From: Candidatus Aminicenantales bacterium
GTDB taxonomy: Bacteria > Acidobacteriota > Aminicenantia > Aminicenantales > UBA4085
Direction of reading: 5' to 3'
Length of the DNA stretch: 64,000 nucleotides
Assembly (NCBI GenBank): GCA_049515535.1
Contig: JBEKTZ010000011.1
Coordinates: 62,001-126,000 of the forward strand
Shown one piece after another: positions 36,370 to 47,198 of this stretch. Below the pieces are notes generated by a model. That model searched no databases and had not been told where the DNA came from. It saw only the letters and a program-made list of their open reading frames with translations. The translations under genes were made by a program, and so were the position numbers. The first letter of the stretch is position 1. Every line of letters starts with the position of its first letter.

Positions 36370-37791
36370 ATGAAGATGAAAGGAAACAGTCTCGATCGGC
36401 TTCTCGAATCCCTGTCCGGGATCGTCGCCCGGCAGGGCGAGCGAATCATCGTCCATGACCAAAAGAGGCTTCCGGGAAAAATCGACGACCTGATCCAAGA
36501 AGCCGTCTTTGGCCCCGCCGAATCCAAGGCCGCGGCGCGTTGGCTCATCTGGGAGACCGCCCAAGCGCTTGGCATCCGGCCGGCTTCCATCCACAATTTT
36601 TACAAGGCGCTCGGCCGGGGCGAAGCCGCGAACGCGTTCACGGTGCCGGCGATAAATCTCCGCATGATCGCTTACGACTCGGCGCGGGCCGTCTTCCGCG
36701 CCGCCCGGCGGATCGATTGCGGCGCGATGATCTTCGAGATCGCCCGGAGCGAGATCGGCTACACCGACCAGCGCCCGGCCGAGTACGTCTCGGCCGTGCT
36801 GGCCGCGGCCATCCACGAAGGCTTCCGCGGCCCGGTGTTCATCCAAGGCGATCATTTCCAGATTTCGGCCAAGAAATTCGCGACGGCCGCGGAATCCGAA
36901 GTCCAATCCATCCGCGACCTCATCCTCGAGGCGGTCAAGGCCGGGTTCTACAACATCGATATCGATACCTCGACGCTCGTGGACATCTCGAAGCCGACGC
37001 TGGCCGAGCAGCAGAAAATGAACTACGAACTCTGCGTCGCTTTTACGAAGTTCATGCGCGGGCATGAGCCAAAGGGCGTCACGATCTCGGTCGGCGGGGA
37101 GATCGGCGAAGTCGGCCGGAAGAACAGCACGCCCGAAGACCTGGACGCGTTCATGAAGGGCTATAACGCCGGCCGAGGCGCCGCTGAGGGCATCAGCAAG
37201 ATCAGCATCCAGACGGGGACGAGCCACGGCGGCATCGTCCTGCCCGACGGAACGCTGGCCCAGGTCGCGATCGATTTCGACGTCCTGCGAATATTGGGCG
37301 AAAAGGCCCGCAGGGAATACGGGATGGGCGGCGCCGTCCAGCACGGCGCGAGCACGCTGCCGGAGCAGGCGTTCCACAAGTTCGTCGAAGCGGGGACGTG
37401 CGAAGTCCACCTGGCCACGGCTTTCCAGAACATCATCATGGAGCACGAGGCGGTCCCCGGCTCCCTGCGCCAGGAAATCCACGAATGGCTGAAGATCAAC
37501 GCGGCCGACGAACGCAAACCCAGCGATACCGACGCCCAGTTCGTCTATAAAACTCGGAAGAAAGCCATCGGCCCGTTCAAAAAGGCCTTTTGGTCCCTGC
37601 CGGTTAGCGCGCGCGACGCGGTCGGCGCGAGCCTCGAAAAGATGTTCACGTTCCTCTTCGAGCAACTGAACGTGAGCGGGACGACGGACATCGTGAAAAA
37701 ATTCGTAAAAGCGCCCGAGATTCATCAGGCGCTCCCCGCCGGAGGAGTGAAGGGCTCTTCGGGTAAATCCGTTGACGGATTAGCGGATTAG
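36370..37791 (+). CDS. Class II fructose-bisphosphate aldolase family protein
   Basis: FTVPAIN, QGDH, GGEIGEVG, GTSHGG, VQHGAS. Confidence 0.88.
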   Translation: MKMKGNSLDRLLESLSGIVARQGERIIVHDQKRLPGKIDDLIQEAVFGPAESKAAARWLIWETAQALGIRPASIHNFYKALGRGEAANAFTVPAINLRMIAYDSARAVFRAARRIDCGAMIFEIARSEIGYTDQRPAEYVSAVLAAAIHEGFRGPVFIQGDHFQISAKKFATAAESEVQSIRDLILEAVKAGFYNIDIDTSTLVDISKPTLAEQQKMNYELCVAFTKFMRGHEPKGVTISVGGEIGEVGRKNSTPEDLDAFMKGYNAGRGAAEGISKISIQTGTSHGGIVLPDGTLAQVAIDFDVLRILGEKARREYGMGGAVQHGASTLPEQAFHKFVEAGTCEVHLATAFQNIIMEHEAVPGSLRQEIHEWLKINAADERKPSDTDAQFVYKTRKKAIGPFKKAFWSLPVSARDAVGASLEKMFTFLFEQLNVSGTTDIVKKFVKAPEIHQALPAGGVKGSSGKSVDGLAD

Positions 37792-37840
37792 AGGATAGAT
37801 CGACAACCTATCTTTGGCCTCGATTCGTCGTTGAGCTTTC

Positions 37841-38629
37841 CTATTTTTTATTGGAGAGCTGGGCGTCGTCGCCCATGACCCGGGCGGCCCAGAGCAGGCC
37901 GCGTTTTACGATCTCCCGCGCCTGGGGAACGTTGAAATCCGCCGCGACATGGCCCAGTGACGAATAGAAGATCCGGCCCTTCCCGTACATTTTTTTCCAG
38001 ACGACCGGCATGACGCAGCCCTTGATCCAGGGCGCATATTGGCCCGAGAACGTGGTCGTAGCAAGGACATCGTTCAGCGGATCGACCTGCATGTAATACT
38101 GCTCGGAATGCATCTTGAAGTCCGTGAGGCCTTTAGTGATCGGATCCACGTGGTTCGTGATGTTGACCTCGTAATCGATGACGCCGCCGGGATGGGCCAC
38201 CCACTGCCCGCCGGTCATGAATTCGTATTCGACGCTGCCGCGGAAGGAGTCCGCCAGGCCGCCGTGCCAGCCGGCCAGCCCGACGCCGTTTTTGACCGCT
38301 TCCTCCAGGTTCCGTTCCTGTTCGGGTTTGATCGAGCCCTGGGTATAAACCTGGACGATGAGGTCGAGGGATTTCAGCTTGGCGAGATCCTGGTAAGAAT
38401 CGAGCGTGTTCGAGATCTCGACGTCGAAGCCTTGTTCGGCCAGCCATGGCGCGAAAATGTCCACGCATTGTTTGGGCTCGTGGCCTTCCCACCCTCCCCA
38501 GACGAAGAGGGCCTTCTTCTTTTTCGCCGGCGCCTGCCCGGCCATGGCGAGGCATAAAATTGAAAACATCAAAACCACGCCCAAAATCACCGGCATTTTG
38601 GGCGACGTATCACGCCTGAGTTTTTTCAT
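37841..38629 (-). CDS. ThuA-like domain protein
   Basis: [41 protein letters not shown]. Confidence 0.88.
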   Translation of the reverse strand: MKKLRRDTSPKMPVILGVVLMFSILCLAMAGQAPAKKKKALFVWGGWEGHEPKQCVDIFAPWLAEQGFDVEISNTLDSYQDLAKLKSLDLIVQVYTQGSIKPEQERNLEEAVKNGVGLAGWHGGLADSFRGSVEYEFMTGGQWVAHPGGVIDYEVNITNHVDPITKGLTDFKMHSEQYYMQVDPLNDVLATTTFSGQYAPWIKGCVMPVVWKKMYGKGRIFYSSLGHVAADFNVPQAREIVKRGLLWAARVMGDDAQLSNKK

Positions 38630-38827
38630 CGATCCCTCCCGCTCTCCTCGAATGTGTCCTAATGACTTCGGTCTCTTTGTCCCTTATCATTTAATAAATT
38701 CGAGCATCTGCGTGGGTGGCGCCGATCGGGCGCCCGGATGCCCGAAGCTTCTGGGACCCTCGTCAGGGTGAGAAGCGAGGGCAGCTGGGCTGATCGGAGA
38801 CAGGACCCACGCAGATGCTCGAACCGC

Positions 38828-39592
38828 CTACAGCTCTCTGATCCAGATGTTTCTAAAGCGGACAGGGCAGCCATGGTCCTGGAGGCCGACCGGAAGCTTG
38901 TCGGCGTGGGCGACGTAGGGCGGCCTCGCTTTGTGGGCCGTAGGCCCGGTCAGCACCGTATAGCTCTGGACAATGATGCCGTTATGGATTACCGTCATCC
39001 AGGCCGGAGTGAGGAGCTTCTTGTCCTTGTCGAAGCGCGGCGCGTAGAAGACGATGTCGTACGTCTGCCATTCGCCCGGCTTCCGGCAGACGTTGAACAT
39101 GGGCGGGTACTGGCCGTAGATGGCGGCCGTTATCCCGTCGGCGTAGGTCTTATTGTTATAGCCGTCGAGGACCTGGACTTCATATAAGTTCATCAGGAAA
39201 ACGCCGCTGTTGCCGCGCTCCTGCCCTTCGCCTTTCACCTCGGCCGGGGCGGCCCATTCGACGTGGAGCTGGCAGTCGCCGAATCCCTGTTTCGTCTGGA
39301 TTGAGCCGGTGCCGGCCGCGACTTCCATATAGCCTTTCTCGACTTTCCATCGGGCGGCATTCCCTTTTTCGTCGGCCCACTGAGAGAGGTCCTTGCCGTC
39401 GAAAAGGACGATGGCGCCCGGAGGAGCGACGACGGGCGGTCCGGCCGGGCCGGGATCGAGGACCGTCGGCAGGGGGCGGTTCGGATCATGAACGGTCCAT
39501 TCCATCTTGGGAATGATCTGCGCGACGGCGAACCCGATCAAGCCCAACATCACTAAAAAGGATATTCCAAGGGCTGTCATCTTCATGGTCAT
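38828..39592 (-). CDS. DUF1080 (3-keto-glycoside hydrolase-like) secreted protein
   Basis: LFDGKDLSQW, GNSGVF, YEVQVLD, GEWQTYDI, LQDHG..VRFRNIWI. Confidence 0.9.
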   Translation of the reverse strand: MTMKMTALGISFLVMLGLIGFAVAQIIPKMEWTVHDPNRPLPTVLDPGPAGPPVVAPPGAIVLFDGKDLSQWADEKGNAARWKVEKGYMEVAAGTGSIQTKQGFGDCQLHVEWAAPAEVKGEGQERGNSGVFLMNLYEVQVLDGYNNKTYADGITAAIYGQYPPMFNVCRKPGEWQTYDIVFYAPRFDKDKKLLTPAWMTVIHNGIIVQSYTVLTGPTAHKARPPYVAHADKLPVGLQDHGCPVRFRNIWIREL

Positions 39593-39603
39593 GTCCCGCC
39601 GCT

Positions 39604-40995
39604 TTACAGCGACCAGCCCTGCCGGTATTCCTTATGGACGAACTTGTTGGCCTCGGGAAGGTTCGTGAACTCCAATTTCTCGCCATCCCACTGAAGCACG
39701 GTCCTGACGTCTTTCATCCGGAGGGCGACATTGCCGAGGAGCATGGTCTCGGTCAACAGCCCGCTGTAGGAGAAATCCGTGGTCGATTTTTTCCCCGTCT
39801 TGATCGCGGCGATCCATTCTTCCATGATGCCGGGCGATCGGGGAATGGTTTTTTCCGGCCGTTTGTAATCCTGCATCATCTTCTCGGGAAGGATGCGGGG
39901 ATTATCGCCGTATGTGCTGCACATGATCATCCCTTTCTGCCCCACGAACAGGCAGCCCCCGCCGTCATCTCCCATCGTCCGGCCGCTGTCGAGAACCGCG
40001 GGCCGGGGAGGCATCAGGCCGCCGTCGTACCAGACCATTTTCGCGGGCGGCATGCTGCCGCGCGCGGGAAAGGCATAAGTGATGATTTCGCCGAGCGGAA
40101 ACGAATCCTTCGTGTATTTGGTCGAGCTGGCCTGGACCGTCGCGGCGTGGCCGAGCTTGAGCGCCCAGTAAATCTGATCGACGAGGTGGGCGCCCATGTC
40201 GCCGACCGCGCCCGTCCCATAGTCCCACCAGCCGCGCCAATTGAACGGCAGATACGCCGGATGATATGGACGCCAGGGCGCCGGGCCGAGCCATACGTCC
40301 CAGTCGAGGGTGGGAGGCACGGACGGGATCTCCTTGGGCGCGTCGATGCCTTGCGGCCAGATCGGCCGGTTGGTCCAGACGTGGGCCTCGGTCACGTTGC
40401 CGATCGCCCCGTCCCAGATCCATTCGCAGATCAGGCGCGCGCCCTCCTTGGAATGGCCCTGGTTGCCCATTTGGGTGACGAGGTTCCTCTTCTTGGCCTC
40501 TTCGGCGAGGAGCCGCGCTTCCTTGATCGTATGGGTCAGCGGCTTCTGGACGAAGACGTGCTTCCCCATTTTCATGGCCGTCATGGCGATGACGGCATGG
40601 TTGTGGTCGGGAGTGCTGACCGTGATCGCGTCCAGGGACTTCTCTTTGTCCAGCATCTGACGAAAGTCCCGATACTTATTGGCTTTATCATACTTGGGCT
40701 GGTATTCCGGCTTGTTTTCCTTGTTGGCCAGGAAACCGCCCATCTGCGTGTCGTCGCAATCGCACAGGGCGACGATGTTCTCGGGGCTCGCGGCCCAGAT
40801 GTCGGATGTTCCTTTGCCGCCGACGCCGACGCAGCCGATGTTCAGCGTGTCGCTCGGCGCCGTGTAGCCCGGACCGCCCAGCACCTTCCGCGGAACGATC
40901 ACGAGGCCCGCGGCGGCCGTGGCCGTCGTCCCGATAAACGCGCGGCGGGTCAGCGGCGCGCCGGGTTTCGGGGAATTATCATTGCGGATGGTCAT
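39604..40995 (-). CDS. Tat-exported Gfo/Idh/MocA oxidoreductase
   Basis: TRRAFIG; VGVGGKG, STPDHNH, FVQKPL, GDMGAH. Confidence 0.9.
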   Translation of the reverse strand: MTIRNDNSPKPGAPLTRRAFIGTTATAAAGLVIVPRKVLGGPGYTAPSDTLNIGCVGVGGKGTSDIWAASPENIVALCDCDDTQMGGFLANKENKPEYQPKYDKANKYRDFRQMLDKEKSLDAITVSTPDHNHAVIAMTAMKMGKHVFVQKPLTHTIKEARLLAEEAKKRNLVTQMGNQGHSKEGARLICEWIWDGAIGNVTEAHVWTNRPIWPQGIDAPKEIPSVPPTLDWDVWLGPAPWRPYHPAYLPFNWRGWWDYGTGAVGDMGAHLVDQIYWALKLGHAATVQASSTKYTKDSFPLGEIITYAFPARGSMPPAKMVWYDGGLMPPRPAVLDSGRTMGDDGGGCLFVGQKGMIMCSTYGDNPRILPEKMMQDYKRPEKTIPRSPGIMEEWIAAIKTGKKSTTDFSYSGLLTETMLLGNVALRMKDVRTVLQWDGEKLEFTNLPEANKFVHKEYRQGWSL

Positions 40996-41088
40996 TGTGC
41001 TTCCTCCCTGATAAGATGGCTTTATTCATAAGCGTTTCTTAGGATAATATATACGAATTAAGGTTCGAGTCAACCGGAAGGAGGCAAC

Positions 41089-41541
41089 ATGAGCGAAGAA
41101 AAGAACCGATCCGATCTGATCGGGTTTTGCGGACTCTACTGCGGGGATTGCCACGGCTTCAAGGGCATTATCCCCGATCTGGCCCGCGACTTAAGAAAAG
41201 AACTGCGGGCCGCGAAATATGAAAAATTCGCGGAAGTGATCTCCGAGCTGGGCTTCGCCAAGGCCCTCGGAGATTACGACAAAGCCTACGAGGTCCTGGG
41301 CGCCATGGTCAAGTTCCGCTGCCGGAAGGGATGCCGGAAGGGCGGCGGTTCGCCGTTCTGCAAGATCCGCCTCTGCTGCCAGACCAAGGGCTGTGAGGGC
41401 TGTTGGGAGTGCGGCGAATTCGAGTCATGCGGCGAATTAAAATTCCTCGAGCGCGTCCACGCCGACGGACATATCAAAAACCTGCGCGCAATTCAAAAAA
41501 AAGGGAAAAAGGCGTTCCTCTCGGGAAAAAGATATTGGTGA
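41089..41541 (+). CDS. DUF3795 cysteine-rich protein
   Basis: GFCGLYCGDC, CRKGCR, CKIRLCC..GC..CWEC..F..C. Confidence 0.8.
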   Translation: MSEEKNRSDLIGFCGLYCGDCHGFKGIIPDLARDLRKELRAAKYEKFAEVISELGFAKALGDYDKAYEVLGAMVKFRCRKGCRKGGGSPFCKIRLCCQTKGCEGCWECGEFESCGELKFLERVHADGHIKNLRAIQKKGKKAFLSGKRYW

Positions 41542-41542
41542 C

Positions 41543-44434
41543 TCATCTCTGGGGGCGTACCCGGAGATAAAGATTCTTGAAATAGAGCGGGGTGTTGTGG
41601 GACTGGAGCTCGATCTGGCCGGCCGGATAAATCGGCTTATCGCGCTCCCAGTAGTTTTCCATGACCACGTCATCGACGACGAGCACGCCGTTGAGATAAA
41701 CGGTGACGCGCTCGCCGGCCATCCTGATATAAAACGTGTTCCACTCCCCCACCGGCCGGTCCGCGCGGACGAGCGGCTTTGAGGGGTTGATTTTATTGTT
41801 GTAGAGCCCGCCCGAGCCATCCGGGCTTTGGGTTTGGTCCCAGATCTGGACCTGCGGGGAGCCGCGCAGATAAATGCCGCTGTCTCCTTTTTCCTGGATC
41901 TTCCAATCGACGAACATCTCGAAATCTCCGTAATCCTGGAGCGTGCACAGGCTGTGGCCCTGGCCGTCGAAGGCGAGCGCGCCGTCGATGACTTTCCAAT
42001 GCTGCCTCATGAGCGCGTCCGCTTCGCGCTGGGCCCTGGCCGATTCATCCGGTTTCATCCTGGCCCGGGCCGGAGGATCGGCGACCAGGCCTTTCCACCC
42101 GGAAAGATCCTTGCCGTTGAATAGATAAGCAAAGCCTTCTTTGAACAAAAGGGTCCGGGCGTATTTTTCCGCTTCATCCCGATCGTAATCGTTGTCCAGG
42201 AAAAGCAAGGCCCTTTTGAGGATCACGGCCGTTTCGAATCCGGCCAAGCCCTCGACGCCGGGGGCGGGAAGGGCCGATTTCACGATCGCCTGGGCGGCCT
42301 TGACCTGAAGCGCGGGATCGTCGAGAAACCTGGCGAGCAAGGCCAACGATTCCGGCGTCCGGACATCGGCCAGGGCGGATATGACAAGATTCTTTTCATT
42401 GGCCTCTGCGGCGATTTCTAGAGCTTCTTTCAAGAGCGAGATTTTTCGCTCGGCTGAAAACGGCTCTCCTCCGGCCAGGCGGGTGATGCCGCGCAGGGCC
42501 AGGTAGCGCGTTTTCCGGTCGGGCGCGGCCCGAGCGCTCTGGAACAATTCATCGAGCGCGTCCGCGGCCATCCAATTGGCCAGGGTCGAGAGCGCCGCGG
42601 TCTGGCATTGCGCGTCCGGGCTTTTCGTTTCCATGACGACCCATCCCAGGGCTCTTTCCCCGCCGATCCTGGCCAGCGGCCTCATGAGATCCGGCCGTTT
42701 CGAGGCCGGCGCTTTATTCAAAGCCGCGAGGATCGCGTCGGCCCGCATCTCGGGATCGGCGATCTGGCCGGTGGAGGCGACAAGAGCGTTCTGGATGAGC
42801 ACGATTTCCGGGGCCGCCGCGTTCGAAAGCAGAAGATCGACAAGGAGAGGCGCGTCGTCCAGGCGGACAAGCTTTTCGAGCGACTCGAGCGCCGCTTTGC
42901 GGACGGCGGGATTTTCGCTTCCGGCCTCGGCCAGGATCAATCCAGCCCGTTCCTTGGCCTGGCGCTCCGCCAGGATTTCTATCAAGGCGACGCGCGCGTG
43001 CGGCGGCGAGCCGGGGAGCATCTCCGCAGCCTTGGCCGTGACTTTATCCGGCGAGAAAAAAGAAAACGCCTGCCGGACGGCGGCGACCTGGTCTTCATCG
43101 TCGGTTGGCATGAGAGGCCAGACCTCATCGAAAACCTCATCGCCGGCCAGCCGCGACGCCGCCCCGACGGCGGCCAGCCGGACGGCCTTGTCTTCGCTCA
43201 GGATTGCGTGCCGGACGGCCGGAAGCGCCGATTGATCCCCGCGGCGGCCCAGCATGGCGATGATGTCGGCCCGCGCTTCGGCGCCGGCCCGCGCCGATTT
43301 TTCGATCCACCGCGCCGTGGCGGTTTCTCCCGGAACCAAATCCGCGAGCTCGAGAGCTCTCTGCCGGAATTTTCCGTCTGGAGAATCCATGGCCTCGAGC
43401 AAAACATCGAAGATCCCGGGCCCGAGGATTCCGGCCAGCAGCGTCAGCGCGGAAGCGCGGACCTGGCTTTCTCCGGGCAGGGCGTAATTCTTGAGGAATT
43501 CGCGGCAAATCTTTTCGCTTAAATCCTTATTCCCGGAGTCCCGGAGGCGTTGGGCGAAAAGCAAATAGAGGGACGCGGCCTTCGCTCGTCCATAAGGCGA
43601 GGCCGTGACCGCCGTCCGTTCGAGGACGGATTGGGAGGCGGGATCGCCGATGTTCGCCAGTGCGGCCAGCGCGGCCGTACGGAGCCTTTCGTCGGGACCG
43701 GACGCATACGGCGATATTTTTTTCACGGCCGCGAGGCTTCTCATCTCGCCGAGGGCCTGGATGAGAGACTCCCGATTCTCGGTCGGCGCGACGTCGAGGG
43801 CTTTGATTAAAACGATCTCCGCTTCCGCCGAACGGACGACGGTGAGAGCCCGCGCCGCCGGTCCGCCCAATTTCGGGTCGGTCAAGAGCTTGGCCAGCGG
43901 CTTGACGATCTCCCCCTTTCCGGCCAGTTGGAGCTGGCCGATGAGAAACGACTTGATTTCGGCGTCGCGCGGTTCATCGAGGGCCCTGAGGAGCTCTTTG
44001 ACGAACGGAAGGCGCTCGGCTTCGGCCCCCGCTCTCGCCACATAGACGGCCGCGGCATCCGTGGCGAACCGGGCCAGGGTGTCGTCGTCTTCGCCGGGGG
44101 CGGCCAACCTCCCGATGATCTCTCTCATCCCCTCCGGCCCCATGGCCACGATCTCGGCCGCGAACAGATCCCTGTCCCGGCCGCTCTCGGCCGGAAACTT
44201 GGCCAGGATCGTCGAGATCCTGGAGGAGATCGATATCTTGTCCTGCGTTCCCACGGAGAGAGTCACGCAAAAAATCGCGCCCAGGATAAAGATCGCGCTT
44301 CGGCGGCGGCTGGGGCCCCGGGTTTTGCCCGGGGGTCCACTTCCGCCGTACTCGCCCGTGGATATAAGCCACGGGCGAGTGGCGAGCCGAAGGCTCGTCC
44401 CTTGGCTTATCGCCGATTGTCTATGCGTTTTCAT
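41543..44434 (-). CDS. HEAT-repeat + DUF1080 protein (repeat R inserted in signal region)
   Basis: HEAT repeats, C-terminal LFNGKDLSGW...GDSGIYLRG...IELQSH; ATG 44434 with GGAG SD (alternative 44458). Confidence 0.88.
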   Translation of the reverse strand: MKTHRQSAISQGTSLRLATRPWLISTGEYGGSGPPGKTRGPSRRRSAIFILGAIFCVTLSVGTQDKISISSRISTILAKFPAESGRDRDLFAAEIVAMGPEGMREIIGRLAAPGEDDDTLARFATDAAAVYVARAGAEAERLPFVKELLRALDEPRDAEIKSFLIGQLQLAGKGEIVKPLAKLLTDPKLGGPAARALTVVRSAEAEIVLIKALDVAPTENRESLIQALGEMRSLAAVKKISPYASGPDERLRTAALAALANIGDPASQSVLERTAVTASPYGRAKAASLYLLFAQRLRDSGNKDLSEKICREFLKNYALPGESQVRASALTLLAGILGPGIFDVLLEAMDSPDGKFRQRALELADLVPGETATARWIEKSARAGAEARADIIAMLGRRGDQSALPAVRHAILSEDKAVRLAAVGAASRLAGDEVFDEVWPLMPTDDEDQVAAVRQAFSFFSPDKVTAKAAEMLPGSPPHARVALIEILAERQAKERAGLILAEAGSENPAVRKAALESLEKLVRLDDAPLLVDLLLSNAAAPEIVLIQNALVASTGQIADPEMRADAILAALNKAPASKRPDLMRPLARIGGERALGWVVMETKSPDAQCQTAALSTLANWMAADALDELFQSARAAPDRKTRYLALRGITRLAGGEPFSAERKISLLKEALEIAAEANEKNLVISALADVRTPESLALLARFLDDPALQVKAAQAIVKSALPAPGVEGLAGFETAVILKRALLFLDNDYDRDEAEKYARTLLFKEGFAYLFNGKDLSGWKGLVADPPARARMKPDESARAQREADALMRQHWKVIDGALAFDGQGHSLCTLQDYGDFEMFVDWKIQEKGDSGIYLRGSPQVQIWDQTQSPDGSGGLYNNKINPSKPLVRADRPVGEWNTFYIRMAGERVTVYLNGVLVVDDVVMENYWERDKPIYPAGQIELQSHNTPLYFKNLYLRVRPQR
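44295..44404 (-). repeat. Palindromic repeat family R, copy 3 (in-frame in CDS)
   Basis: Reverse complement reads caagggacgagccttcg..actcgcccgtggcttatatccacgggcgagtacggcggaagtggacccccgggcaaaacccggggcccc. Confidence 0.85.
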
Positions 44435-44454
44435 GGACGATTCTCCACCGTTTT

Positions 44455-45726
44455 TCACAAATGCCAGGGCGCGCGCATCGGCTCATCGATCAGCCGGTCG
44501 GCCTCCTCGTCGCCGACGAAGCGCTCCGCGACAGGGTCGAATTCAAGAGGCCGCCCCAGCCGCACCGCGATCTTCGCCAGGTTGACGATGGTGCAGGTCC
44601 GGTGGCCGTTTTCCTCGTTGAGAGCGAACTTCCGCCGCGATCTGACCGCCTCCGCGAAATCGGTCAGCTGCGGTTCGGGATCGGGAAGCCCCGCGGCTTT
44701 GGCCTTGAGGTCGGGGATATCGGATTTGAATCCCCGAAAGAGCTTTCCCAACGGTCCCTGGAGGAAAGGCGCATCGACGTCCCTGTTTTCGCCGTCCAGG
44801 ACGATCTCGCAGCCGTCCGCGTATTTCAGGCTGACGTTCCGCCAGCTTCCGCAGGCGTCGGGATGCTGCTGGGGACAGTCGGCGACGATCGAGACCGGGG
44901 CGGTGTGGTCCTTTTCCAACAGATATTGGACGGGGTCGAGGTAATGCATGCCCATGTCGCCCAATCCGCCGCCGTCATAATCCCAGTAGCCGCGAAACGT
45001 CTGATGGACGCGGTGGGGATGATAGGGCTTGAACGGGGCGGGCCCCAGCCAGAAATCGTAATCCAGCTCTTTGGGCACGGGCTGCGGCGGCAGGTAGGTC
45101 TTTCCGCTCCAATAGAATTTCCAGTCGAACCCGGTGATCCCGCTGATGGTCGCTTTGAGCGGCCAGCCGAGCAGCCTATTCCGGACGATTTTTTTGATAG
45201 GCTTGACGGTCGCGCCGAAGTCGTAGAATTGGCTTTGGAACCGGAACCAGGTGTTGATTCTGAAGATTCGTCCGTTTTTTTGAACGGCTTCGACGACCTT
45301 CCGGCCTTCCCCGATCGTCCGGGTCATCGGTTTTTCGCACCAGATGTCCTTGCCCGCTTCGGCCGCGGCCACGGATATCAAGCCGTGCCAGTGCGGAGGC
45401 GTCGCGATATGGACGATGTCAATATCGGGTCGGGCCAGCACCTCGCGGAAATCCCGATAGCCTTTGACGCCGGGTCCGGCGGCCTCGAGCGCCGTCTTGA
45501 GATGGCTTTCGTCTACGTCGCAGACGGCCAGCAGCCGGCCGTCGTCATATTTGATATGGCCCAGACCCATGCCGCCGACGCCGATAATCGCCCGGGTCAA
45601 CTGATCGCTGGGAGGCACATAGCCCGGACCGCCCAAGACATGACGCGGCACGATGGCCAGCGCGGCAGCCGCTCCCAACGATCGTTTGATAAAATCCCTG
45701 CGATTGAGGCTCTTACGTCCGGGCAT
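44455..45726 (-). CDS. Tat-exported Gfo/Idh/MocA oxidoreductase
   Basis: NRRDFIK; IGVGGMG, ATPPHWH, WCEKPM, GDMGMH; GAGGAG SD. Confidence 0.9.
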   Translation of the reverse strand: MPGRKSLNRRDFIKRSLGAAAALAIVPRHVLGGPGYVPPSDQLTRAIIGVGGMGLGHIKYDDGRLLAVCDVDESHLKTALEAAGPGVKGYRDFREVLARPDIDIVHIATPPHWHGLISVAAAEAGKDIWCEKPMTRTIGEGRKVVEAVQKNGRIFRINTWFRFQSQFYDFGATVKPIKKIVRNRLLGWPLKATISGITGFDWKFYWSGKTYLPPQPVPKELDYDFWLGPAPFKPYHPHRVHQTFRGYWDYDGGGLGDMGMHYLDPVQYLLEKDHTAPVSIVADCPQQHPDACGSWRNVSLKYADGCEIVLDGENRDVDAPFLQGPLGKLFRGFKSDIPDLKAKAAGLPDPEPQLTDFAEAVRSRRKFALNEENGHRTCTIVNLAKIAVRLGRPLEFDPVAERFVGDEEADRLIDEPMRAPWHL

Positions 45727-45948
45727 GGCGATCTCCTCGTTTCGGGATCGGGAACTCCTAGTTTTCATATATTACGTTTTCCCCGCCCGGATATCAATCA
45801 AGAATTCGCGATTTCCGGTCGCGCCCGCTGCGATCGCCAGCAACGGCAAACCGCGTCACCCGAGTCTCTCGAATTCGATATGGATCCGCCGGTCTTTTTG
45901 TTATAATTTTCCTTCGCTGGATTCCAAGCCAAGCCTATGCGCCGCAAT

Positions 45949-46941
45949 ATGAAAAAGATCCGTTGGGGCATCCTGGGCTGCGCCCGGATCGCGGAGCGCG
46001 CCCTCATTCCGGCCTTTCGCGCGGCCGCGAACGCCGATCTCCTCGGGATCGCCGCCCGCGACGAGAAGAGAGCGCGCGCCTGGGCCGCGAAATATGCCAT
46101 CGAAAAAGCCCATAAAGATTACGTCTCCCTCCTCGAAGATCCCGATATCGACGCCGTCTATGTCCCCCTGCCCAACCATCTCCACGCCGAATGGACGATC
46201 CGGGCGGCCGCGGCGGGAAAGCATGTCCTGTGCGAAAAGCCGCTGGCCCTGACCGAAGCCGAAGTCCGGACGATGTTCCAGGCCTGCGACAGGGCGAATG
46301 TCCTCCTGATGGAAGCCTTCATGTACAGGTTCCATCCCCAATTCGAAAGGACGCTGCGCCTGGTCCGGACAGGCAGGATCGGCGACATCCGGGCCTTTCG
46401 TTCGGCGTTCACGTTCCGGATTTCGAGCGGGAAGGAAGACTACCGCTGGTATCCCGAAATGGGCGGAGGCGCGCTCTATGACGTCGGATGTTATCCGGTC
46501 AGCGCCGCCCGGACGATATTCGGCGAGGAGCCGTCTTCGGTCTTCGCCCGGGCCCGTCTCCATCCGGAATCCGGGATCGACGCGGCCATGAGTCTTCTCC
46601 TCGAATTTCCCGGCGGGCGCCACGCACATCTCGACTGCGCCCTGGATACGCAGTTCGAGAGCCAACTGGAGATCGCGGGATCGGAAGGCCGGATCACGCT
46701 CCCCCGCGCTTACACGCCCAAAAACTTCGATGTCCCCATTCAGATTTCGCGCGGCGAGGAGGAGGAGACGATTCTCGTCCCCGCGGCCAATCACTACGTC
46801 CAGATGATCGAGCATTTCGGAGAATGCGTCCGCCGCGGCCTCTCCCCTCGCTATGCGCTCGAGGACGCCGCGGGCAGCGCGCGGGTCATCGACGCGGCCT
46901 TCAAATCCCTGGCCGCTGCCCGGCCGGTCGTCCTGCCTTAG
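45949..46941 (+). CDS. Cytoplasmic Gfo/Idh/MocA oxidoreductase
   Basis: WGILGCARIA, PLPNHLH, LCEKPL, GGGALYDVGCY. Confidence 0.9.
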   Translation: MKKIRWGILGCARIAERALIPAFRAAANADLLGIAARDEKRARAWAAKYAIEKAHKDYVSLLEDPDIDAVYVPLPNHLHAEWTIRAAAAGKHVLCEKPLALTEAEVRTMFQACDRANVLLMEAFMYRFHPQFERTLRLVRTGRIGDIRAFRSAFTFRISSGKEDYRWYPEMGGGALYDVGCYPVSAARTIFGEEPSSVFARARLHPESGIDAAMSLLLEFPGGRHAHLDCALDTQFESQLEIAGSEGRITLPRAYTPKNFDVPIQISRGEEEETILVPAANHYVQMIEHFGECVRRGLSPRYALEDAAGSARVIDAAFKSLAAARPVVLP

Positions 46942-47006
46942 GGTTTTTCTTCCTGGCGAACGCCCGCCTTGACCTCCTTCGGGTCCGGGATTAAAATCAG
47001 AGATGG

Positions 47007-47087
47007 GCCACTCGCCCGTGGCTTATATCTACGGGCGAGTACGGCGGAAGCGGACCCCCAGGCAAAGCCTGGGGCCCCAACCGCCGT
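47007..47087. repeat. Palindromic repeat family R, copy 4
   Basis: gccactcgcccgtggcttatatctacgggcgagtacggcggaagcggacccccaggcaaagcctggggcccc. Confidence 0.85.
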
Positions 47088-47198
47088 CGATGGAAAAAAG
47101 AACGGGGAGAACGCGTCCGCTATCGAAGGCCTGGGTCGCGACGCGGGCACGGGGTTCACGGGCAACGCCCACGATCTCCGGAAAGGATTAAGCCAAAC

